From Octopus sinensis (lineage: Eukaryota), in NCBI RefSeq assembly GCF_006345805.1, contig NW_021828091.1, positions 1 through 35,309 on the forward strand: a stretch of DNA of 35,309 nt, in the 5' to 3' direction. The position numbers and the translations under genes are program-made. The notes under the pieces were generated by a model. The model saw only the letters and a program-made list of their open reading frames with translations, had not been told where the DNA came from and searched no databases. How positions within the stretch are numbered: position 1 is the first letter of the stretch; every line of letters begins with the position of its first letter. This document shows positions 21,240-32,880 of this stretch, piece by piece.

Positions 21240-21720
21240 TTCTGGAACCAGTCTCCAGACATGGGCGTTTCGAATACAAGGTGATACCCTGCGTTTAGTA
21301 GAATCACGAGGGATTAATTGAAAATATGTTCGCTCCGAACAATCGATACCAACCTGTACTCTCCGACAGCAGTGCGTCAAAAATACCCGGCATTGGTTAA
21401 CAGAAATCGAGTTCTTCTACAGCAAGACAATGCAAGACCTCATACAGCTCGAACGACTCGGGATTACGTCCAGGAACTTGAGGGAATCGAACTGGTGCCA
21501 TATGCAGTATATAGTGCGGCTCACTTCCTGCGCTTGCGATGCTTCGTTAACCAAGAGGAGGTGGAAGCTTCAATGAAAGAGTTCTTCGCCTCGAAGGACA
21601 AAAACTGGTGTCAGCGTGGGATCAAAGAACTAGCAGAAAGGTGTTTTCAGGCGGTGCAAAACGATGGCCTCTATTTTTCTTTTTTGTAACTTGACGAATA
21701 AAGCCAATAAATTATCAAAA
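21240..21720 (+). mobile_element. mariner-family transposase fragment (catalytic domain)
   Basis: KVIPCV**NHEG..TIDTNLYS..RVLLQQDNARPHTARTT..ELVPYAVYS[PDLAPSD segment deleted]..FFASKDKNWCQRGIKELAERC..NDGLYF (ORF 21318..21689). Confidence 0.9.
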
Positions 21721-21845
21721 TATTGCAACACAATATTTTAAGAATTTTAAGTGAATTAATAAATATCAAACAGGAACTGCTTTGGAGATGTATTAATTTG
21801 ATTTTTGGTAATTAATTTGATTAATTTAGTTCTTTGCTTTCCATA

Positions 21846-22206
21846 CTCTTTTACTTGTTTCAGTCATTTGACTGTGGCCATGCTGGAGCACCGCCTTTAG
21901 TCGAGCAAATCGACACCAGAACTTTTTCTTTGTAAGCCTAGTACTTATTCTTTCGCCGAACCGGTAAGTTACGGGGACGTTAACATACCAGCATCGGTTG
22001 TCAAACATAGACACACAAACATATGCACACACACATACATATATATATATACATATATACATATATACAACAGGCTTCTTTCATTTTCCGTCTACCAAAT
22101 CCATTCACAAGGCTTTGGTCATTTGCCCAAGGTGCCACGCAGTGGGACTGAACTCGGAACCATTTGGTTGGTAGGCAAGCTACTTACCACACAGCCACTC
22201 CTACGC
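21846..22206 (-). mobile_element. SINE family B
   Basis: Full head and tail on the reverse strand. Confidence 0.9.
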
Positions 22207-22469
22207 ATATAGTTTGTTTTATATTTTAAGTATATATTTAGGATGTCTCCAGGTGATTTAGAAATCTGAAATTTCTGGTTTCAAGATTGCCGGATAATTG
22301 GTCCGTTACTGCGTGCGCGCGCACACACGCACATTTCACACGCACACACACATACACACACACAGGCACACACACACACACACGCACACACACACACACA
22401 CACGCACACACACACATACACACACACACACATACACACACACACACACACTCAGGCACACACAAACAC

Positions 22470-22600
22470 ACGCCGAGGTCGACTTTGTTTTTCATCCTTT
22501 CGGGGTCGATAAATTAAGTTCTAGCTGCGTACTGGGGTCGATGTAATCGATTGGCCCCCTCCCCCAGATTACGAGCACTGTGCTTAGAGTAGAAAACAAT
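22470..22600 (+). mobile_element. SINE family A, 5'-truncated
   Basis: cgccgaggtcgactttgtttttcatcctttcggggtcgat..tgtgcttagagtagaaa. Confidence 0.85.
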
Positions 22601-22634
22601 ATGCACACACACATAGTACACATATATATATAAT

Positions 22635-22794
22635 AGGAGTGGCTGTGTGGTAAGTAGCTTGCTTACCAACCACATGGTCCCGGGTTCAGTCCCACAGCGT
22701 GGCACCTTGGGCAAGTGTCTTCTACTATAGCCTCGGGCCGACCAAAGCCTTGTGAGTGGATTTGGTAGACGGAAACTGAAAGAAGCCCGTCCTA

Positions 22795-22833
<39 letters not shown>

Positions 22834-23127
22834 AATTAATAAATAAATAAAACATATGCATATATACATACATATATGTACGTACCTACCTCTACATGTA
22901 TATATACATGCATATATGGGTACAGGACACAAAAAAAAAACGTCGAACACAATGAGAAACGAAAACATAAACACAAAACCAAGGAAATGGACGTGTGTGT
23001 GTCTGTGTTTGTCCTCCTAACATCGCTTGACAACCGATGCTGGTGTGTTTACGTCCCCGTAACTTAGCGGTTCGGCAAAAGAGATCGATAGAATAAGTCC
23101 TGGGGTCGACTGGCTCGACTAAAAGCG

Positions 23128-23168
<41 letters not shown>

Positions 23169-23325
23169 TATATATACGGCGCGTTTCTTTCAGTTTCTGT
23201 CTGCGAAATCCATTCACAAGGCTTTCGTAAGCCCGAAGCTATAGTAGAAGACACTTGCCTAAGGTGTCACGCAATGGGACTTAACCCAGAATCATGTTGT
23301 AGGTAAGCAAGCTACTCCTGCGCCT
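22635..23325. mobile_element. SINE family B (+, 22635-23130) and an inverted B 5' fragment (-, 23177-23325)
   Basis: Family head and body motifs occur in both orientations around a (TA)n tract. Confidence 0.85.
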
Positions 23326-23929
23326 ATATATATATATATGAAATGTTGAATTTAGTTCAAGGACTCCCAGTACTACTTTTGCGGATCATAGGTTGGAAAA
23401 CACTGCTTTAGTGTATAATGGCGTTCAGGATATATGGGGTTTTAATGTCTGTGAAGAAATTGGGAGTGGTGGTTTCAAATCTGAAAAGACTTTGGTAGAA
23501 AACGAAAAAAAAAAAAGCTACAGCAAAGACGAAAAAAAAAAAAAACAACGAAAAAGAACGCGCCTCCCTTAAAAAACCCTCCTGCTAATAGCATCATTAA
23601 TAACCGAGATATAGTCAACAAACACTCTCCCACCCGTCGCGAAAGTGAAACATGAGATGACAAGCGACGGGGATAGGTAAAATAAACGAACGCAATCTGT
23701 TTTAACTATATCTTTTGAAGTCAAATTTTGACTAACGATAAATTACACTAACGACCACTTCAGAGGGGTTTGACCCCTGTATGCTAAGTTTAGGGTGTGA
23801 CGCATCCAGCAAAATAATCAACAGTTCAAAACGCTCGGTAAGTTCAGTTATTCGTTTAAACTGAGATATTTAACCAATTTTTACTTTCTCTAATTTTTTA
23901 TAGCCTAAATCAACAACAACAACAACAAC

Positions 23930-24512
23930 ACTTTCTACTATAGGCACAAGGCCTGAAATTTTGGGGAAGGGGATAAGTCGAGATCACATTCATGCCAGTA
24001 CATTCATGCGACTGGTACTTAATTCATCGACCCTGAAAGGATGAAAGGCAAAGATGACCTCGGCGGAATTTGAAGTCAGGACGTAACGGCAGACGAAATA
24101 CCTATTTCTTTATTACCCACAAGGTGCTAAACATAGAGGGTACAAACAAGGACAGACAAACGGATTAAGTCGATTATATCGACTCCCGGGCGTGACTGGT
24201 ACTTAATTTATCGACCCCGAAAGGATGAAAGGCGTAGTCGACCACGGCGGAATTTGAACTCAGGACGTAACGGCAGACAAAATACCTATTTCTTTACTAG
24301 CCACAAGGAACTAAACACAGAGAGGACAAACAAGGACAGACAAAGGGATTAAGTCGATTATATCGACCCCCGTGTGTAACTGGTACTTAATTTAACGACC
24401 CCGAAAGGATGAAAGGCAAAGTCGACCTCGACGAAATTTGAACTCAGAACGCAGCGGCGGACTAAATACCACTAAGCATTTCACCCGGAGTGCTAACGAT
24501 TCTGCCAGCTCA
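23930..24512 (-). repeat. SINE-A tandem derivative: head, two 184-bp-type units, then core with standard tail
   Basis: Three cores (aaaggatgaaaggc..gacc.cggcggaatttgaa) separated by the gacaaacaaggacagacaaa segment. Confidence 0.9.
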
Positions 24513-24514
24513 CT

Positions 24515-25410
24515 ACTATAGGCTCCAGATCTGAAATTTTGGAGTTAGTCAACTTCAGTGATCAACTGGTACTTATTTTATTGACGCCGAAAGAATGAAA
24601 GGCAAAGTCGACCTCGGCGGAATTTGAATTCAGAACGTAAAGACGGACGAAATGCCTCTACGCATTTTGTCCGGCGTGCTAACGACTTTTCCAACTGACC
24701 GCCTTTCCTGTCAGCTAATAATCCTATCTATCAGACACAAGGCCTGAAATTTGTGGGGAGCGACTAGTCGATTACGTCGACCCCAGTGTTTTTTTGTGGT
24801 ACTTATGTTTTCGACTCTGAAAGGATGAAAGGCTAAATTGACCTCGTTGGAATTTAAACTCAGGACGCTAAACCGGAAAAAAATCCGCTAAACATTCTGC
24901 TCGGCCTGTTAACGATTCTGCTTGCTCACCGCCTTTCCTGCTAGCTAATAAAAATAGTTTCAAATTTCGGCTCAAGACCAGCGATTTTAGAGTGACCGGG
25001 TTTGCCGATACCATCGATTCCAGCGATTCCAGCGCCTGACTGGTACTTATTTTATCTACTTGAAATGATGATAGACACAGTCGAACTCGGCGGTATTTAA
25101 ACTTAGAATGTAAAGCAGGAAGAAATGCTGCTAAGCATTTTGTCCGGCGTGAAACCTTTCTACAATAGGCACAAGACCTTAAGTTCTGAGATAAAGGGGC
25201 TAATCGATTACATTGACCCCAGTGTCTAACTGTTACTTATTTTATCGAACTCGAAAGTATGAAAGGCAAAGTCGACGTCGACGTAATCATTTCTACTAAA
25301 GGCACAAGGCCTGAAATCTAGGAGGAAGGAGTTAGTCAAATACATTGGCCCCAGTTCTTAACTAGTACCTAACCTGAGGACCCGAAAGGAGAAACGGCAA
25401 TGACCTCGAT
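24515..25410 (-). mobile_element. Cluster of about five reverse SINE family A copies or fragments
   Basis: Repeated ctggtactta..gaaagg/aatgaaaggc..gacctcg motifs at about 24560, 24800, 25040, 25230 and 25370. Confidence 0.8.
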
Positions 25411-25529
25411 GAAAAGAGCCGGAATAAATGTGGCTAAGTAATTTACACAACCCAAAATGCAAGCAATTTGTGTCTTATTTTTTCGTGTTTATTTAGAGAT
25501 TCAGAATTTGCAAAATCTATTTATTTTAA

Positions 25530-26690
25530 GGCGGCGCGCTGGCAGAAACGTTAGCAAGCCGGGCGAAATGCTTAGCGGTATTTCGTCTGCCGCTACGTTC
25601 TGAGTTCAAATTCCGCCAAGGTCGACTTTGCCTTTCATCCTTTCGGGGTCGATTCAATAAGTACCACTTACGCACTGGGGTCGATATAATCGACTTAATC
25701 CGTTTGTCTGTCCTTGTTTGTCCTCTCTGTGTGTAGCCCCTTGTGGGTAATAAAGAAATAGGTATTTCGTCTGCCGTTATGTTCTGAGTTCAAATTCCGC
25801 CGAGGTCGACTTTGCCTTTCATCCTTTCGGGGTCGATAAATTAAGTACCAGTTGTGCACTGGGGTCGATATAATGGGCTTAACCCGTTTGTCTGTCCTTG
25901 TTTGTATCCTCTGCATGTAGCCCCTTGTGGGCAGTAAAGAAATAGGTATTTCGTCTGCCGTTACGTTCTGAGTTCAAATTCCGCCGAGGTCGACTTTGCC
26001 TTTCATCCTTTCGGGGTCGATTCAATAAGTACCACTTACGCACTGGGGTCGATATAATCGACTTAATCCGTTTGTCTGTCCTTGTTTGTCCTCTCTGTGT
26101 GTAGCCCCTTGTGGGTAATAAAGAAATAGGTATTTCGTCTGCCGTTATGTTCTGAGTTCTAATTCCGCCGAGGTCGACTTTGCCTTTCATCCTTTCGGGG
26201 TCGATAAATTAAGTACCAGTTGTGCACTGGGGTGGATATAATGGGCTTAACCCGTTTGTCTGTCCTTGTTTGTACCCTCTGCATGTAGCCCCTTGTGGGC
26301 AGTAAAGAAATAGGTATTTCGTCTGCCGTTACGTTCTGAGTTCAAATTCCGCCGAGGTCGACTTTGCCTTTCATCCTTTCGGGGTCGATTCAATAAGTAC
26401 CACTTACGCACTGGGGTCGATATAATCGACTTGATCCGTTTGTCTGTCCTTGTTTGTCCTCTCTGTGTTTAGCCCCTTGTGGGTAGTAAAGAAATAGAAA
26501 TAGGTATTTCGTCTGCCGCTACGTTCTGAGTTCAAATTCCGCCGAGTCGACTTGGCCTTTCATCCGTTCGGGGTCGATTAAATAAGTACCAGTTACGCAC
26601 TGGGGTCGATATAATTCACTCAATCCGTTTGCCTGTCCTTGTTTGTCTCCTCTGTGTGTAGCTATTTGTGGGCAGGAAAGAAATAAGAAA
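25530..26690 (+). repeat. SINE-A-derived satellite: one head plus six 184-bp units with alternating variants
   Basis: Units start (gtatttcg) at 25578, 25762, 25946, 26130, 26314 and 26504. Confidence 0.95.
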
Positions 26691-26895
26691 CGAGTTGGCA
26701 GAAACGTTAGCACGCCGGGCGAAATGCTTGGCGGCATTTCGTCTGTCTTTACGCTCTGAGATCAAATTCCGCCGAAGTCGACTTTGCTTTTCATCCTTTC
26801 GGGGTCGATAAATTAAGTACCAGTTGTGTACTGGGGTAGATTTCATCGACTGCCCCCCACCCCACTAATTTCAGCCCTTGTGCCTGGAGTAGAAA
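26691..26895 (+). mobile_element. SINE family A with standard tail, directly after the array
   Basis: gagttggcagaaacgttagcacgccggg..cccttgtgcctggagtagaaa. Confidence 0.9.
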
Positions 26896-27529
26896 AAAAA
26901 AAATTATATTTCTATAAATTATTTATTCGTTTATTTATTTATTTATTTATTTATTTATTCAAAGATCAGAAACTCATTAGGTTTATGGGAATTTTTCAAA
27001 AGTATATTCGTACTTTTGTCTTTATATATAAATGTATTTTATTCGCATTACTTGTATATGTGTGAATGAATGTGTTTGTGTATATATGCGTGTGTATACC
27101 TCTGTGTGTCTTTATGTGTGTGTGTACATGTATTGTTTATATTTGATCTATATAAATAATTTTTGTTTGTATTTTCTTGTGTGTAAATATATTTAATTTT
27201 TATTTGATGTTTATAAATATAATTGTGTTCATACTTATGGCGAATAAACATACTTTATATTTGTTTGTTACTTATAAATATGCTTGTTCGTGTTTGATAT
27301 GTACGAATATATATATTTTTTTGTAATAATTAGATTTTCATCATTCGTAAAATGAAACCACAACATATACAATTTTTAGAAGCGAAACAGTACAATGTTT
27401 ATCGTATCTATCATTGCGTAGCCATTACTATGAGAATTTCAGCGAACTTAATACAACTGATAATTGCTATAAGCTATTCGTGTTCTGTATGCATGTTTCT
27501 ATCTCTGTCTGCCTGCCTGCCTGTCTGTT

Positions 27530-27600
27530 TTTAACGTTTCGAGCCTACGCTCTTCCACAGAAAGAGACACAGAAAAAACAAGGAGACAAAATAATGTGTA
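27530..27600 (-). mobile_element. Short repeat with a minimal hammerhead-like motif (copy 3)
   Basis: The minus strand reads uuuCUGUGGA-a-gagc(guag)gcuc-GAAA-CGUU-aaa at 27563-27530. Confidence 0.55.
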
Positions 27601-27610
27601 GTGGCTAGCG

Positions 27611-27685
<75 letters not shown>

Positions 27686-27746
27686 ATCTATCTATCTATC
27701 TCTATCTATCTATCTATCTACCTACATACCTGTCTGTCTGTATATA

Positions 27747-27789
<43 letters not shown>

Positions 27790-27855
27790 ATACATACATA
27801 CATACATACATACATACATACATACATACATACATACTACATACATACATACATA

Positions 27856-28727
27856 CGAAGGCGTACCCAAAAGTAACCGGAAATATTCTCTGTGGGACAA
27901 GCCCATTGTAGTTTAGGCTTCCGCCACTGGAAGCCACATGATGCGACCCTCAGACGTCACTCTGCCGACAGGTGGTGTTGGGTATCGTCGTGCTGTCACG
28001 TGGTGCGTCTTTGTTTTGCTCCACTGTTCGTCGATTTTTGTGATCGCTGAAACGAAGGAACAGTGTGCTTCCGTGAAATTCTGTTTTCTGCTAGGGAAAA
28101 CGGCGGCCTGAAACAGTTGTCTTGCTTTAAACAGTTTATAAGGACGCTGCCATTAGCAAAACACAAATTTACGAGTTGTTTTCACGCTTTGAGAATGGTA
28201 ACTTGTTACTTGAAGATCAACCGCGTTCTGGTGCACCGTCGACCTCCCGAATGAATGAAAACATGAAAATTCATGGACATATATTGAAGGGCTGTCACCT
28301 GGAGCTCCTGCCAACAAATTTTGAGCGAGGAATTGCGTATGAAAAGAGATGCAGCAAAATTTGTGCCTCGCTTGTTCACGGAAGATCAAAAGCAGACACG
28401 ACCGAATGCGCGATGCGAACTGTAAGAACAGCTGAAAGTTGATCCGGACCTTTTTTTCGAAGGTCATCACTGGTGATGAAAATTGGTGCTACAGAATTTG
28501 CAGATGTGGAAGAGATGACGAAAAAAAAAAAAATGCGTCGGAGACTTTAAAAGCCATCACTTCGCAAGAGTTCCAGCACTGCTTCGAACAGTGGAAAATG
28601 CGTCTGGACCAATGCACTGCTTCAAGTGGAGAATAATTTGCCTTTGAAGGCGATAAAAGTGTAAGCATGTAAAACTAAGTTAATAAAATAATGTTGCAAA
28701 AATCTTTTTCTTTTGGGTATCCCCTCG
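27856..28727 (+). mobile_element. Internally deleted mariner-like element with both TIRs
   Basis: Left end TA|cgaaggcgtacccaaaa, right end ttttgggtatcccctcg. Remnant protein KEQCASVKFCFLLGKTA..FENGNLLLEDQPRSGAP..AKFVPRLFTEDQK..KVITGDENWCY//FQHCFEQWKMRLDQCTASSGE. Confidence 0.9.
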
Positions 28728-28765
28728 TGTGTATCACCTCGTGTATATATATATATATATATATA

Positions 28766-29160
28766 GGCGCAGGAGTGGCTGTGTGGTAAGTAGCTTGCTA
28801 ACCAGCCAATTGGTTCCGAGTTCAGTCCCACTGCGTGGCATCTTGGGCAAGTGTCTTCTGCTATAGCCCCGGGCCGACCAATGCCTTGTGAGTGGATTTG
28901 GTAGACAGAAACTGAAAGAAGCCTGTCGTATATATGTATATATATGTATATGTATGTGTTTGTGTGTCTGTGTTTGTACCCCTAGCATTGCTTGACAACC
29001 GATGCTGGTGTGTTTACGTCGCCGTCACTTAGCGGTTCGGCAAAAGAGACCGATAGAATAAGTACTGGGCTTACAAAGAATAAGTCCCGGGGTCGAGTTG
29101 CTTGACTAAAGGCGGTGCTCCAGCATGGCCGCAGTCAAATGACTGAAACATGTAAAGAGA
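28766..29160 (+). mobile_element. SINE family B, full length, inserted in (TA)n
   Basis: Runs from ggcgcaggagtggctgtgtggtaag to cagcatggccgcagtcaaatgactgaaac. Confidence 0.95.
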
Positions 29161-29249
<89 letters not shown>

Positions 29250-29599
29250 GATCAGCAGAATCGTTGAAACCTCAAAAATATACCCTGGGGCGTTTGAGGC
29301 GCTTATTACTTTCTGATTTAAATTAAAAAGCCCCAAGGAAGTTCTGAGTTCGATGGTATTAACTGACGCCTTCCCTCAAATTTGTTGGTCTTGTTAAATT
29401 AATAGGTTTTTACAGAAGTTCTCTTTATAGTGTTAACACTCGCGCGCACACAAACACACACATTTTACAGAATCTTTTACCTTTGATGTTCAAAATTTAA
29501 TTCGGAGACCCCTGTTTTGTTGCTGTTTGAAAAGTGTAATAAAAAAAACGTGGGGTCAGAAAGGGGTCGTTAGTTGAATATCCTGGCTTAAATGATTAA

Positions 29600-30760
29600 A
29601 TGTCAGACGTTTCATACGGGTAGAAACAGCAACCTAATCTCTCTGAAATTTCATTTTGCAAGCTTTTAAAATGAAAGAGGAGGAAAAGATGTATGAGTCA
29701 AATGAGGAACCCTCTATGTGGAAACGGTTGCTAGAAATAGCAACTAAATCGTCTTCATCCTTGTGAATCTAACATTTTATAGAAAGACAGAACATTAGTC
29801 AATAAGAGAACGAGTGTGTGGCCGTTATATCCGTTAGTAATAGCAACAACATTTTCAACTTTTTCAATGTAACATCTAAAACAAAAGAATACGCGAGTCA
29901 ATGAGGGAAGCAGTATGTGGTTGTTCTTATCTGCTAGAAATAGTTACCAAATTTTTCACCTTTTTCAATCTAGCGTTTGATATGAAAGGAAAACACGAGA
30001 GTCAATGAAAGAGCCAGCATGCGGCTTTTTTATCTGCTAGAAATAACAACAAAATATCTATTATTATCTAATCACAGCTATGGTCACCCACCAGTGTGAA
30101 ATTAACAGCGGACCTTGAAGCAATCCAGAGAAGATTCACAAAGATGATCGTCTCTTTGCAACAGGTCAGCTACTGGGAAAGGTTGAAACAGTTAAGACTC
30201 TACTCCCTGGAGAGAAGATGGGAGAGGTATGCAGTAATATATATCTGGAAGATCCTGGAAGGAATTGTGCCAAAATTTGGCATTGAAAGCTACACCAATG
30301 CCAGAACGGGACGACACTGCATAGTGCTAAAGGTCCCAGCAATGTCATCACGCTTCAGGACCAGTTACTGCAACAGCCTGGGTTTCAAAGGCCCACAGCT
30401 TTTTAATATTCTCCCAAAGAGTCTGAGGAACTTGCACAAAGTAGATATAGGAGTTTTTAAATCAAAGCTGAACCTCTTCCTGTCGAGAGTTCTAGATGAA
30501 CCTACCTCACGGCAAGAGGGGCAAATGAGGGTAGCTATATCAAAATCCATGCTTCACCAAGTGCCACATATTAGAGGAGGCTCTTAGTAATAACAGTGTA
30601 GAAAAACGGTGCATCAGCATGGCCACAGATCTGAGCTGAAACTAGAGGAAAAAAAATCTCGTCGTTCTAACATTTAATAAGAAAGAGAAAGCACGATAGT
30701 CAGTCAATGCGGGAGCTAGTGTGTGGTAGTTCTTTCTGCGAGAAATCAGTCAAATTACTC
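29600..30760. repeat. Diverged ~100-bp tandem array interrupted by the CR1 fragment
   Basis: Units (g/t/c)agtcaat..tgtgg..gctagaaatagcaac start at 29695, 29796, 29895 and 29999, and another follows the LINE at about 30700. Confidence 0.7.
30070..30655 (+). mobile_element. CR1-type LINE 3' fragment (ORF2 C-terminus and 3' UTR)
   Basis: ORF 30096..30587 reads SQLWSP..LEAIQRRFTKMI..SYWERLKQLRLYSLERRWERYAVIYIWKILEG..GPQLFNILPKSLRN..FKSKLNLFL, a typical CR1/L2-group ORF2 tail. Confidence 0.9.
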
Positions 30761-30939
30761 ACCCCCGGCCACTTCACGACCGGCCACCTACTGTCTTGAA
30801 GAGAGAGGCTCACGTTAGACAGTGTTTCCGTTGACATACATTTTGAGAGAAGGACGGCTTGATCATGACTGGAATGCTTTTGATCATAGGTTTTGCTGTA
30901 TGAAGTCTGACCTTGGGCGAAACAGCAACAAATACAACT

Positions 30940-31250
30940 AGACTGAAATCATCACCACGGGTATCACCATCACCCCCACCTCCGCCATCAAAATCATCAC
31001 CAGCATCACCACCACTACTACCAAAGTGACATCACGACAAACGCCATCGTCAGCACCAGCACCGCCACGACCAACGCCACCACCCTCACCATCATCACCA
31101 CTACCTAAAACAAAAAAACACCACAAAACGCCAAATGAACCACCGCTACCATCACCACCCCACCCCTACCATCATCATCAAAATAATCATCACCATCACT
31201 ACCAAAAACATCACAACAAACGCCACCTCCATTACCATCATCCGTCTATC
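30940..31250. repeat. (CAC/CAT)n low-complexity tract
   Basis: Read directly from the sequence. Confidence 0.85.
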
Positions 31251-31533
31251 AAATTCCCTCACAGAGCATTAGGCGGCTCGGCGATATAGTAGAAGACATC
31301 TACCCAAATGTCTCACTGTGGGACTGAACCCGAAACCATGCGGTTGCCAAGCGAACATCTTAATCCTACAGTCATTCATAGGTTCTCCTTTTCTTTTTTC
31401 GGGCATACGTTTCCTTATCTGGCTCATGAGATCTTGTTTATTCTTCTGTCTGGCCCGGAAAAGGCATAGAGTTTGAAATCCTTCCCGTTAGATTATACAT
31501 ATATGTAAGAAGTGTCCATAGTATTTATCCAAT

Positions 31534-31930
31534 AGGCGTGGGAATGGCTGTGTGGGAGTAGTTTGCTTACGAACCACATGGTTCCGGGTTCAGTCCCACT
31601 TCGTGGCACCTTGGGCAAGTGTCATCTACTACAGCCGCGGGCCGACCAAAGCCTTGTGAGTGGATTTGGTAGATGAAAACTGAAAGAAGCCTGTCGTACA
31701 TATATATATATGTATATGGATATGTTTGTGTATCTGTGTTTGTCCCCCCAACATCGCTTGACAACCGATGCTGGTGTGTTTACGTTCCCATGACTTAGCG
31801 GTTCGTCAAAAGAGAACGATAGAATAAGTACTAGGCTTACAAAAATTTAAGTCCTGGGGTCGATTTGCCGGACTAAAGGCGGTGCCCCAGCATGGCCACA
31901 GTCAAATGACTGAAACAAGTAAAAGAGTAA
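31534..31930 (+). mobile_element. SINE family B, full length
   Basis: Head aggcgtgggaatggctgtgtgg and tail cggtgccccagcatggccacagtcaaatgactgaaac. Confidence 0.95.
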
Positions 31931-32669
31931 TTCTAGAAAGACATTTGGTTACTCTTTCTCGCATATCGCGCTTCCACGTACAGGCTCTAACTTCGCCACG
32001 AATAAATTTGGTTAATTGATATTGAAGAACTCAGAAAGTTTCTTCAAAAATGAAAGAAGGAAAATAAAAAATAAAAATAAAAAGAGAGAAAAACCTGTTG
32101 ATTTTTTCATTCTTCTGTTAGAGTGCGAACGTCTTGTTTAGCAGACGACCATTACAGACGGAGCGGAAACGAACGTTTATGAATTTATAACACTGCTGTA
32201 GAAACTACTCTCTGGCTCGTTCTAGCAAAATCTATTGGAATAGCTAAGGAAATGATGTATTTATTGCAATTCAAAAATGTTTAATAGCATCTTCGTGAAC
32301 TACGATGCATCATATATTGCTCTATCATAGACATCTTGCGTTTTTATACATTCCCGTCGGTTCCTTTCATTTCCCCCATATACATACACACACACAACTA
32401 CACACACACAACACACACACACACACACACACACCAACACACCACACCACACACACACAACATATTATATATATATATATATATACATAATATATATATA
32501 TATATATATACACAGACATACACACACAATAATGCATATGTATCTATAGTCATCAGAAATTTTTTTATATCCCGACAGAGGGAAAGCAGCTGTATCATAT
32601 GATGGCGGCAAATTGCTAATGTACGATTTGATTTTTTCAAGAGATTGGGAAATGAAATTAATACACGTG

Positions 32670-32702
32670 TTTTTTCCTTTTCTTTCTTTCTTTCTTTTCT
32701 TT

Positions 32703-32794
<92 letters not shown>

Positions 32795-32880
32795 TATTTT
32801 CTTTCTTTCTTTCTTTCTTCCTTTCTTCTTTCTTCTTTCTTTCTTTCTTCTTTCTTTCTTCTTCTTTCTTTCTTTCTCTT
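32670..32880. repeat. (TTTC)n microsatellite
   Basis: Read directly from the sequence. Confidence 0.95.

Noticed and set aside
23764-23837. Plus-strand 74-nt exon (CACTAAC branch, CAG acceptor, TCG|GTAAGT donor)
   Set aside because: The polypyrimidine tract is poor, the peptide is unrecognised, and it is on the opposite strand to the better exon; such signals occur by chance in 35 kb.
25578-26690. Regularly spaced repeats as a CRISPR array or a hammerhead-containing retrozyme satellite
   Set aside because: There are no unique spacers, the units are SINE body sequence, and I found no CUGANGA/GAAA core on either strand.
32545-32565. CUGAUGA on the minus strand
   Set aside because: There is no downstream GAAA..UH or stem pairing, so it is not a hammerhead.
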